Assembly (NCBI GenBank): GCA_964486045.1 | Contig: CAZALK010000020.1 | Span: forward strand, 16,985 to 80,984 | Length of the DNA stretch: 64,000 nt | Direction: 5' to 3' | Origin: an uncultured archaeon | Lineage (GTDB): Archaea; Asgardarchaeota; Lokiarchaeia; Sigyniarchaeales; SOKP01 | Part shown: in pieces, positions 9,963 to 18,787 of the stretch | Numbering within the stretch: the stretch's first letter is position 1 | How the letters are laid out: each line of letters opens with the position of its first letter | Program-made: the position numbers and the translations under genes | The notes under the pieces: model-generated | The model's input: the letters and a program-made list of their open reading frames with translations, nothing else | What the model was told of the DNA's origin: nothing | Database searches by the model: none

Positions 9963-12113
9963 ATGACTCAAAACGACATCTCCTTTTTCTTTAACCCCGC
10001 AAGCATCGCAGTTATTGGCGCAAGTGCTATAGAGGGTAAACTTGGTAATACAGTTTTAAATAATATTATTAAATCTGGGTATAAAGGAAAAATTTTTCCA
10101 ATTAATCCCGGAACTGATAAAGTTTGTGATATTCCATGCTATAAAAGTGTTCTAGATGTACCAGAGAATATTGACATTGCTATTTTTGTAATCCCTGGTA
10201 AATTTGTAAATCCTGTTGCTGAAGAATGTGGTAAAAAAGGAGTAAAGGGATTAATAGTAATTTCTGATGGATTTAAAGAAATTGGAGGAAAGGGTGTAGA
10301 AAGAGAGGAGCACCTAATACAAATTGGCAAGAAATACGATATGAGAATTTTAGGTCCTAACTGCTTGGGATTCATTGGACTTAACTATAATGGTTCATTC
10401 GCTACCGAAACCCCTAAAAAAGGGGGAATTGCTATGATTTCACAATCAGGTGCTATGCTTACAGGCATGATGGATTATTCCATGACACAAGCTTTTGGAT
10501 TCTCCTATAATATTAGCCTTGGGAATAAAGCTGACTTAGGAGCAGTAGACTTTATAGAATTTTTAGCGGAAGATGAAAATACCAGTGTTATCTTATGCTA
10601 TCTAGAAAGCATAACTAATGGTCAGAAATTTTTAGAAATTCTGCCTGAAGCTACACGAAAAAAACCAATTGTTATTTTGAAATCAGGAGTAAGTGAAGCT
10701 GGCGCTAGAGCTGCGTCTAGTCATACTGGAGCACTGGCAGGCGCAGATATTGCGTATGATCTTGCTTTTGAAAAATGTGGTGTTATAAGAGCCAAAACAA
10801 TAGAAGATCTATTTGACTATGGTGAAGTTTTCTTGTATCAGCCTGTTCCTGCGAATAATTCTTTTGCAATAATAACAAATGCTGGAGGTCCTGGAATTGT
10901 TGCTACTGATGCATTTGAACGAGAAAATTTGAAATTTGCTAGTTTTTCAGAGTCAATACTTCATGCACTAAGAACAGGATTGCCTTTACACGCATCAATT
11001 TTTAACCCAATTGATATTATTGGGGATGCTACTCCTGATAGATATGATTTTACAATTAAAACCATTTTTGGTTTAAACGGTAAAACAGAATCCAATGAAA
11101 TTTCAACCCAAGGTGTTTTAATAATTGTTACTCCACAGGCTCCAACAGAACCAACTAAAGTAGCAAAATTAATTCATGAAATTTCTACTCATCATTTAGA
11201 AGAAAAGCCAATTGTATGTTCCTTCATCGGAGGAAAAAATATGTCGGAGGGTAGAGAATACTTAAAACAAAATCATATCCCTTGTTATCACTTTCCAGAC
11301 CGAGCAGCCCACTCATTAAAAACACTCGTAAAAAGAGGTAAATACTTAAAAAGTACTCCCCTAAGTGATTTAAAAATTCCCAAATTTGAAGTAAATAAAA
11401 AAAGAGTAGATGAAATATTCGCAAGTATTAGAGAAGATAAGAGAACGGTCTTATTAAGCTATGAAACAAGCGAGGTTTTTGATTGTTATGGAATTAAATC
11501 CCCTACTTCTAGACTAGCCAGAACTCCTCGACAAGCAAGAAAACTGCTCTCAGAAATCGGTAAATCAGTAATGAAAATTGTTAGCCCACATATAATTCAT
11601 AAAACCGATGTCGGAGGAATTCTATTAAATATTGAGACAGAACAAGATGCTTTTGAGGCTTACATCCAAATTGTAAGTAACGCTAAAAAATTTGGTCCAC
11701 AAAATGCGAAAATTTATGGTGTGGAAGTGCAAAAAATGATCGACTTTAAAACTGAGAGAAAAGTTAATGAAATTATCATAGGGATGTCGGGAGATCCTCA
11801 ATTTGGGCCACTCCTCATGTTTGGTAGTGGTGGAATTTATGCAAACTTCATGCAAGATGTATCTTTCGCTTTAGCGTATAAATTTACCAAAGCTGATGCT
11901 AGAAAATTGATTGAAAGCACAAAAATCTTCAACCTCCTTCAAGGAGTGAGAGGGGAATCACCTTCTGATGTAGAAGCTGTACTTGATGTGCTTCTAAGAT
12001 TATCCCAACTTGTAAATGATTTCCCAGAAATTGTAGAATTAGATATCAATCCTCTTTTAGCATTTGTCAAAGGTTATAGCGCTGTAGATATTAAAATCAC
12101 AATAAAACGATAA
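9963..12113 (+). CDS. ADP-forming acetyl-CoA synthetase (fused alpha+beta; acetate--CoA ligase [ADP-forming])
   Basis: 716 aa. It has an N-terminal CoA-binding block (SIAVIGAS), a succinyl-CoA-synthetase-like flavodoxin domain with SSHTGALAG (phospho-His loop), and a C-terminal ATP-grasp domain. Confidence 0.85.
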   Translation: MTQNDISFFFNPASIAVIGASAIEGKLGNTVLNNIIKSGYKGKIFPINPGTDKVCDIPCYKSVLDVPENIDIAIFVIPGKFVNPVAEECGKKGVKGLIVISDGFKEIGGKGVEREEHLIQIGKKYDMRILGPNCLGFIGLNYNGSFATETPKKGGIAMISQSGAMLTGMMDYSMTQAFGFSYNISLGNKADLGAVDFIEFLAEDENTSVILCYLESITNGQKFLEILPEATRKKPIVILKSGVSEAGARAASSHTGALAGADIAYDLAFEKCGVIRAKTIEDLFDYGEVFLYQPVPANNSFAIITNAGGPGIVATDAFERENLKFASFSESILHALRTGLPLHASIFNPIDIIGDATPDRYDFTIKTIFGLNGKTESNEISTQGVLIIVTPQAPTEPTKVAKLIHEISTHHLEEKPIVCSFIGGKNMSEGREYLKQNHIPCYHFPDRAAHSLKTLVKRGKYLKSTPLSDLKIPKFEVNKKRVDEIFASIREDKRTVLLSYETSEVFDCYGIKSPTSRLARTPRQARKLLSEIGKSVMKIVSPHIIHKTDVGGILLNIETEQDAFEAYIQIVSNAKKFGPQNAKIYGVEVQKMIDFKTERKVNEIIIGMSGDPQFGPLLMFGSGGIYANFMQDVSFALAYKFTKADARKLIESTKIFNLLQGVRGESPSDVEAVLDVLLRLSQLVNDFPEIVELDINPLLAFVKGYSAVDIKITIKR

Positions 12114-12159
12114 TAGGTACATTGTTAAAAAATAAAATAAAAATAAATATATAAAAGAA

Positions 12160-13233
12160 TTGAAGAAGATGGTAAAAGTATTTTATTTATGTTCATTGAG
12201 AGAACGTGCTGGGAAAAGTTTCCTTTCGATTGGATTCATCCAGAAATTAAAGAAAGCTGGTAAAAAGTTTGCCTATTTTAAACCAATTGGGGTCCCAAGA
12301 GCGGCCTTTTCCAGCAAATCTGATTCAGATGTTGATTTTGTCCTCAATACAGTATATGAAACTGACCATCCCTATGATCTAATTTCTCCAGTTTCAATTC
12401 CAGCTTCATATTATGTAGATTTAGTTGATGCTAATAAAAAAGGTGGATACCTTCTAAAGATTAAAAGCGCTTATGATGAACTCACTAAAGATGTTGATTA
12501 TGTGGTTATTGAAGGGAATCCAAGTATTAGGAAATTTGTACGAACAGGAATTGATGATGTGACTATAGCACAGAATCTTGGTATTAAAGAATTAATCTAT
12601 GTTTCTGTAGATTCAAGTGATCGATGTATTGATAACTTCTTTTTTACGAAAGAATATTTTGATTTCCGTAAAATCGGCATTTTAGGTGTTCTTTTTAATA
12701 AAATAGATTTTGAATATATTGCAAGAATTAAAGAGATCTCAGAAGACCATATTAATCGATATAATATTCCCGTTTTAGGTATTATCGAAAAAAGCGTAGA
12801 AATATTCTCACCACGAGTGAACGAGATAATAGAGCAAATTGGGGGAGAATTACTAAATGACTCAGCATCAGCAGGATTGAATAACCTCGTAGAGACCTTT
12901 CTCATTGGTGCAATGAATGCTCAGAGTGCTTTAAAATATTTACAGCAAGTGAAAAAAGCAGCATTTATCACGGGAGGAGATAGAACAGACCTCGCACTGG
13001 CAGCACTTGATCAAGATGTATCAACATTAATCCTAACAGGTTTCATCCAACCCGATATGGGTGTTATTACTGCGGCAAATAAAAAGGGAATTCCAATTAT
13101 CTTGAGCCCCTCTGATACTTATACTACCATGAGAAATTTAGAACGTTTGAAACCAGGAATTCAAGAAGATGAAATAGAAAAAGTTTTAAAGATAATTGAA
13201 AAAGAGATTGACTGGGATTTTTTATTAAAATAA
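12160..13233 (+). CDS. DRTGG-domain protein related to the phosphotransacetylase N-terminal region
   Basis: 357 aa. A DethiobiotinSynthase-like N-domain is followed by FITGGDRTDLALAAL (DRTGG motif). It lies immediately downstream of the acetyl-CoA synthetase. Confidence 0.65.
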   Translation: MKKMVKVFYLCSLRERAGKSFLSIGFIQKLKKAGKKFAYFKPIGVPRAAFSSKSDSDVDFVLNTVYETDHPYDLISPVSIPASYYVDLVDANKKGGYLLKIKSAYDELTKDVDYVVIEGNPSIRKFVRTGIDDVTIAQNLGIKELIYVSVDSSDRCIDNFFFTKEYFDFRKIGILGVLFNKIDFEYIARIKEISEDHINRYNIPVLGIIEKSVEIFSPRVNEIIEQIGGELLNDSASAGLNNLVETFLIGAMNAQSALKYLQQVKKAAFITGGDRTDLALAALDQDVSTLILTGFIQPDMGVITAANKKGIPIILSPSDTYTTMRNLERLKPGIQEDEIEKVLKIIEKEIDWDFLLK

Positions 13234-13271
13234 AAAAAAAATTAGATATCGATTTAAAACTTCATATCCCT

Positions 13272-13562
13272 TTAGACTAATGCTCCAAGAAAAGCTAGAA
13301 TCCCAAAAAGTATTAGCATAGGTAAGATGAAAATAATAAACACTAAACCTATAATACCTAATATAAGACCCGCAATCGCCATCCCCTTTGATTCATCAGC
13401 AATTAGCCCAATAATACCAAATAGAATAGCCGCTCCAGGAAAATAGAATGCACTATAAGGAAGAACTACTGGAATCAAAGCGAACAATAACCATCCAAAG
13501 AAACCCAATATACCACAAATTAAAGCAAGAATACCAAATATTTTTCCCAATTTTTGCACCAT
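13272..13562 (-). CDS. small Gly/Ile-rich membrane protein
   Basis: 96 aa, almost entirely hydrophobic, with repeated GLILGIIGL-type segments. Confidence 0.45.
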   Translation of the reverse strand: MVQKLGKIFGILALICGILGFFGWLLFALIPVVLPYSAFYFPGAAILFGIIGLIADESKGMAIAGLILGIIGLVFIIFILPMLILFGILAFLGALV

Positions 13563-13765
13563 TTATTTATTTTTTTAAGGTAACACTCTGAAAGTGTATG
13601 ATATTAATGGGACCATGAAGTATATAAGTTTATATCTTTTCCCTTTATCATCACTTCTCGCTTTTTCTACTTTTCAATTTTGGGGAGTTAATGTATAGAA
13701 CTAATATATTAAAAAAGATATTGATTGGAGTTTACTGTTTTAAATTAAGCCAGATTCTTCATCCC

Positions 13766-14323
13766 TTAATTATTTGCGAGTTTTCTTTTTTTAAAATTAT
13801 GTTCGTATAATTTTTCCATTATTGGTTTCATAGCAGGACAGTTATCCCAATTGCCATTAAAATCACACTCTAAACAAATTTTTTTAACATGCTTAGCTCT
13901 AATGTAGGCAATAACACCCACAATAAAATTGATCTCGAATAAGAGCGAAATCTTAAGAAATAGAAAGAGAGGAAGAAAGAGAGTAGAGACTATCAGTAAG
14001 CCTGTTCCTATACCAATTGATATTTTTGAAAAAATTTTTAAAAATTTATGCTTTGTTAACCCAAATATATTTAAAACTATTGGGATGAAGAAAATATAAG
14101 CTAGGAAAAACATTGTAAAAAGATTTAACAAGCTTAGATTAAGAAATAAAATAATGAATAGAATCGTAAAACCGACTGTTGGATAAAAAGTAAAACACCC
14201 AATGCATAATTTTTTTCTTCCAATATGATAGACATGAGTGGAAAATCTTTCACAGTTTGGGTGATGTGATAAAAGTATCGGTTTAAGATCTGATAAAATA
14301 AGTGAAATACGAGATAACTTCAT
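13766..14323 (-). CDS. membrane protein, DUF2085-like
   Basis: HHPNCERFSTHVYHIGRKKLCIGC followed by TM helices resembles the DUF2085 pattern (H-x-P-x-RSF...C-x-RC). A second Cys cluster is present at the C-terminus. Confidence 0.4.
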   Translation of the reverse strand: MKLSRISLILSDLKPILLSHHPNCERFSTHVYHIGRKKLCIGCFTFYPTVGFTILFIILFLNLSLLNLFTMFFLAYIFFIPIVLNIFGLTKHKFLKIFSKISIGIGTGLLIVSTLFLPLFLFLKISLLFEINFIVGVIAYIRAKHVKKICLECDFNGNWDNCPAMKPIMEKLYEHNFKKRKLANN

Positions 14324-14461
14324 TTTAAATCCTTTTAATGATTATTAATTAATAAGAAACATTCTATCGATAATGGTTATATTATCCTTTCATATATACT
14401 AATGTTAGGTAAATGAAATAAAAAAAAATTGAATAATTTGAATTTTAATTTCTTTTTGGAT

Positions 14462-14674
14462 TTAATCCCTGACAACTAGATATATTATACAGCCAATACA
14501 TCCTGTTACGAGAACGATCAATAACCAAACTGCAGCATTCATGTCTCTTTTTTTTGCATCTTTATAAACCCAGACTGCTAAAACTATACCAATCACAAAA
14601 AATAAGATAACTACTACCATTAAAATTAAGTATATTCCAGCAAATAACCCAAATGGATCAAGTTGAAAAATCAT
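14462..14674 (-). CDS. small membrane protein with PLD-nuclease N-terminal (PLDc_N)-like domain
   Basis: 70 aa with two TM helices. WVYKDAKKR....WLLIVLVTGCIGCIIYLVVR matches the PLDc_N pattern. Confidence 0.5.
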   Translation of the reverse strand: MIFQLDPFGLFAGIYLILMVVVILFFVIGIVLAVWVYKDAKKRDMNAAVWLLIVLVTGCIGCIIYLVVRD

Positions 14675-14943
14675 TTTATTTTCCTCTTTGAATTTATTTA
14701 ATTTTTGTTTAGAATTTTGATTTATACTAATTACTTACGTGATTCAAGTATATAAACTTATTTTCCATAATTACACTTAAATGTTATCTTACTCAATTTT
14801 GAATGAATTCTATGTCTGAAATTGAAAGGTTGTCAAATTATTGGAAATTTTGTTTTAAGAAATAAAAAACTAATTTAAATTTGAAATATGTGCATGATAT
14901 AATTGCCATTAAAAGAAATTTTTTTAGTAAAAAGTGAGTAATT

Positions 14944-16128
14944 ATGGTATCTAGAAGAATTAATGAAATTTCTTATGCTATTCGTGAAATAGCTGCTGTT
15001 GCTAATGAAGTTGCGAAAAGTGGGAAGAAAATTTACCATTTAAATATTGGAGATCCTGTTATATATGATTTTACTACACCTCATTATATTTCTCAAGCGT
15101 TAGCGGATGCTACCTTTGGAGGAAAAAACTACTACATTGATTCTTTAGGTGCACCGGAACTCAGAGAGGAATTAAGTAATTCTATAAACCAGAGATATAA
15201 GTTAAATGTAAACTCTAACGACATTTTAGTAACAACAGGGGTTACAGAAGCAATATTCTTTATTATAGCTGGGATTATAGAAGATAAGAAGGAATTATTG
15301 ATTCCCGGACCTAGCTATCCACTTTACATAAATTATTCAAAATTTTTTGATGGTGTTCCAATAGAATATGAACTCGATGAAAATAATAATTGGGAACCAA
15401 ATATTGATGATTTAAGAAAAAAAATTACAAACCAAACCCAAGCAATTCTAATTTGTTCTCCTAATAACCCAACTGGTGTAATGTTCAGTAAAAAAAATAT
15501 TAAAGATATAATAGATATCGCGGGGGAGTATAATTTATTCATATTATCAGATGAAATTTATGATCAGATCATCTATGATAAACAGTTTACATGCCCAGCA
15601 ACTCTTAGTAATGATGTCCCAGTTATCGGACTTAATGGGTTTTCTAAAACTCATTTAACTACAGGGTGGAGGTTGGGGTATATGTACTATCATGATCCTA
15701 TGGATAAATTACATGATTTAAGACAAGGCATAGCAAAGATGGCTAGGGCAAGGTTATCAGCTAGCTCTACTGCTCAGTATGCTGCCATTGAGATATTAAA
15801 AAATCCCGGGACACATACTCAAGAAATGGTTACTAAATTAAAAGAAAGAAGAGATTACTCTTATGATAGATTGAGAAAAATTGAAGGGGTTACTTGCGTA
15901 GAAGCTAATGGTGCTTTTTACTTATTTCCTAAATTTGATTTTTCCGAATTAAAAAAGTGGAAGAACGATAAGGAATTTGTCGTTGAGTTTCTTAAAACTA
16001 CTGGAGTTTGTACTGTATATGGTTCTGGTTTTGGCGAATACGGAAAGAACCATGTTAGATTAACATTTTTACCAAAAATAGAGATTTTGGAGATTGTCTA
16101 TAATCTTCTTGAAGATTTTATAAGATAA
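14944..16128 (+). CDS. class I/II pyridoxal-phosphate aminotransferase (aspartate/alanine aminotransferase-like)
   Basis: 394 aa. CSPNNPTG, the SDEIY block and the PLP-lysine block GFSKTHLTTGWRLGY are present. Confidence 0.85.
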   Translation: MVSRRINEISYAIREIAAVANEVAKSGKKIYHLNIGDPVIYDFTTPHYISQALADATFGGKNYYIDSLGAPELREELSNSINQRYKLNVNSNDILVTTGVTEAIFFIIAGIIEDKKELLIPGPSYPLYINYSKFFDGVPIEYELDENNNWEPNIDDLRKKITNQTQAILICSPNNPTGVMFSKKNIKDIIDIAGEYNLFILSDEIYDQIIYDKQFTCPATLSNDVPVIGLNGFSKTHLTTGWRLGYMYYHDPMDKLHDLRQGIAKMARARLSASSTAQYAAIEILKNPGTHTQEMVTKLKERRDYSYDRLRKIEGVTCVEANGAFYLFPKFDFSELKKWKNDKEFVVEFLKTTGVCTVYGSGFGEYGKNHVRLTFLPKIEILEIVYNLLEDFIR

Positions 16129-16177
16129 ATCTCTCAAACCTTAAGATATAAGACTAGAAAAAAAGAGAAACTTCTAA

Positions 16178-16456
16178 ATGGTACTTAAAGACAAAGCAAA
16201 AAGCGAACGGAAGAGCCTTTATTTTGATTTAATATGTGGTGTAATAAGTTCAACCTCTGCTTTAATAGGTATAATCTTTATTACCTTTATGCATGAAATT
16301 ACCAATATGACGGGTTTGCTAGCTGGTTTGACTTTTTGGACTGCATATTTAGTTTTTTCGTTATTTTTATTATCCGTTGGGTTATATACTAGGTGGAAAG
16401 ATAAAAAATTTGACAATAAACCGCCAAGAAAAGATTTAAAACCACAGATAGTATAG
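16178..16456 (+). CDS. small membrane protein
   Basis: 92 aa with two hydrophobic helices. It ends in TAG, followed immediately by TAA. Confidence 0.4.
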   Translation: MVLKDKAKSERKSLYFDLICGVISSTSALIGIIFITFMHEITNMTGLLAGLTFWTAYLVFSLFLLSVGLYTRWKDKKFDNKPPRKDLKPQIV

Positions 16457-16572
16457 TAATATTACTTTCTGGTGCCTACTTCCCTGATAATTTTCACCAC
16501 CAACGTTTTAACATGTTGTTTTAATCATTACAAGAAGAAATTTTTTATATTAAAACCGCATTTTAGTGAATT

Positions 16573-17682
16573 ATGATCAATAAATTTTATGAGAATCTAG
16601 CTGCATTAGTAGTTAATTATTCCGTAAAAGTAAAAAAGGGAGATAGAATATATATTACTGGTCCTGCTTTCGCTAAAGAACTCTTTCAAGCTCTCTATGT
16701 TGAAATTATAAAATCTGGGGGAAATACTTTTCTTCTACCACAAATAGAAGGAATTGGAGAACTAAAATATAAATATGCATCTGAAGAACAATTAATATAT
16801 GTAGATCCCATTTTTAAATTATTACTCAAAGAAATTGATGGTTACATATTAATACAAGGAGATTATAATACTCGGAAATTAAGTTTGATCGATCCAAGAA
16901 AAATTGCAAAATCTCAAGGATCACCTGATAACCGGGAGCTCTGGGAAATTTTAATGGATAGGATTGGTAGAAAGAATCTTAGTTACCTTGTTGTGCCATT
17001 TCCGTGCAATTCATTAGCCCAAGAAGCAAATATGGATTTATTTTCCTATTTTGAGTTTGTCCAAAATGCTTAGTTACTTCACAAAGATGATCCTGTTAAA
17101 GAATGGTCAGAAATCGATAAAAAACAACAAAAGATTTGTGAAGTTTTAGATAATGTTGATAAAATTCAAATAATTGGTGAAGATACAGATTTAGCACTTT
17201 CAGTGAAAGGGAGAAAGTGGATTAATTGTTCTGGACAATTAAATTTACCTGATGGAGAGGTTTGCACAGGACCATTAGAAAACTCTGCTAATGGACATAT
17301 TAGATTTACATATCCTGGATTATATCAAGGGAGAGAAATTACAAACATATATTTGGAATTTAAAGACGGAATAGTTTTAAAAGCTACAGCAGAAAAAGGG
17401 GAAGAGATATTAAAAGAAATATTAAAAATTGAAAATGCTGATAAGCTAGGGGAATTTGCTATCGGGACGAATTATGGAATCACTCAATATACTAAAAATA
17501 TATTATTTGACGAGAAATTGGGAGGTACAATACATCTTGCTCTTGGGGGAGGACTTGAAGAAGCTGGTTCTAACAATAAAAGTGCTCTACATTGGGACAT
17601 TATAAAAGATATGAAACAGTCTGGATCAAAAATTCTTGCTGATGATAAAATTATATATGAAGAAGGAAAGTGGAAGATATAA
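16573..17682 (+). CDS. M29 family aminopeptidase (AmpS/PepS-like), interrupted by one in-frame TAG at 17071..17073
   Basis: Track ORFs 16573..17073 and 17203..17682 are in the same frame. The 129-nt gap reads LLHKDDPVKEWSEIDKKQQKICEVLDNVDKIQIIGEDTDLALSV with no further stop, and this aligns with the conserved DPV-x-x-W ... G-TDL block of AmpS. C-terminal blocks LGEFAIGTN and HLALG are present. Confidence 0.8.
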
Positions 17683-17820
17683 AATAGGATTAAGAGGATT
17701 AGTTAATGCATTCAATTTAATAAGCCACATCTTTTTTTCTTTTCTTGAAAAAGAATAGATTTATATACATATTTGTCTTATTTTTTTCTGGAATAATAAT
17801 TGAATAATCCCATTTTAAAA

Positions 17821-17964
17821 TGGGGTGAATTATAGTCAACACGTAGAGTCACTGTACTGTTAAGAATAATGATTTCATTAGCCTTAATAGATGTATATGT
17901 GATACACGAGACAGGAAATCAATTAGAATTCCAAAAAATAAAATTTTTACTATAATTCACCCCA
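17821..17964. repeat. perfect 16-bp inverted repeat with a 112-nt spacer in a 640-nt intergenic region
   Basis: TGGGGTGAATTATAGT at 17821..17836 is the exact reverse complement of ACTATAATTCACCCCA at 17949..17964. The arms are G/C-richer than their surroundings. Confidence 0.7.
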
Positions 17965-18320
17965 CCCTTATTATATTCAGATATTAATTCAAATATCTAA
18001 TTGAGAATTTTTCTGTTTTTTCTTTAATATTAATCACATTTTTTATTTAATACCCCTCAATAGAATATCTCTAAAATTTTATTCTCAAACGATTATAATA
18101 TCTAAGTATTACATTAGAAAATATAATTCCATAGGATTCCTTTAAGTAAATATTAAGATAATTTTACACACAAATTATTTATCAAAAAGTTATGGCTCTT
18201 CTTGGTTAACTTTAAGGATAAAATTATTTGGACATAAAATTGTGCGGAATGTCATAACAAAAAATAAGAAAAATATAGTTACTTAAAAATATGGTTTATC
18301 TTTAAATAATTAGAACCAAA

Positions 18321-18653
18321 TTGTCCATAAAAAAAAAGATGAAAATTAGCAACAACGAAGAAGATCATGAGTTAGATTGTTATCTGAATATACTTGAATA
18401 TTTCCAGAATGTCAAGATAGATAAAAAAAATACTGACATTTGGAAGAACCAATCTTTTATCGATCTTATGAAATTGTTAGAAAATAAAAAAAATAGGGCC
18501 TTGGTAACCAATGCTATAATCTTAATTTTATCCTTATTTGATGATATCCCTCCAGATACTTATAATAGCCGCGGAGAAGATATTAACATGATTTCTATTG
18601 AAGATAGAAAATCTCTATTTGCCGGTTTAGATGAAGACTTTTTACCTAATTAA
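18321..18653 (+). CDS. hypothetical acidic protein
   Basis: 110-aa ORF with no recognisable motif. Confidence 0.35.
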   Translation: MSIKKKMKISNNEEDHELDCYLNILEYFQNVKIDKKNTDIWKNQSFIDLMKLLENKKNRALVTNAIILILSLFDDIPPDTYNSRGEDINMISIEDRKSLFAGLDEDFLPN

Positions 18654-18787
18654 ACTGAATCAGTTTTATTTCTTTTATAGTTTCAATCATTCAAGTAAAA
18701 AATTCCTAAAAACATTCATTTAAATTTTTATAGTTTCATTTTTATTACAAACAGTTATAGATTTATTTCTATGGATAAGGGGATACC

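Noticed and set aside
16454-16459. A tandem TAG-TAA at the end of the 92-aa membrane protein gene.
   Set aside because: It is an ordinary back-up stop and not informative about recoding on its own.
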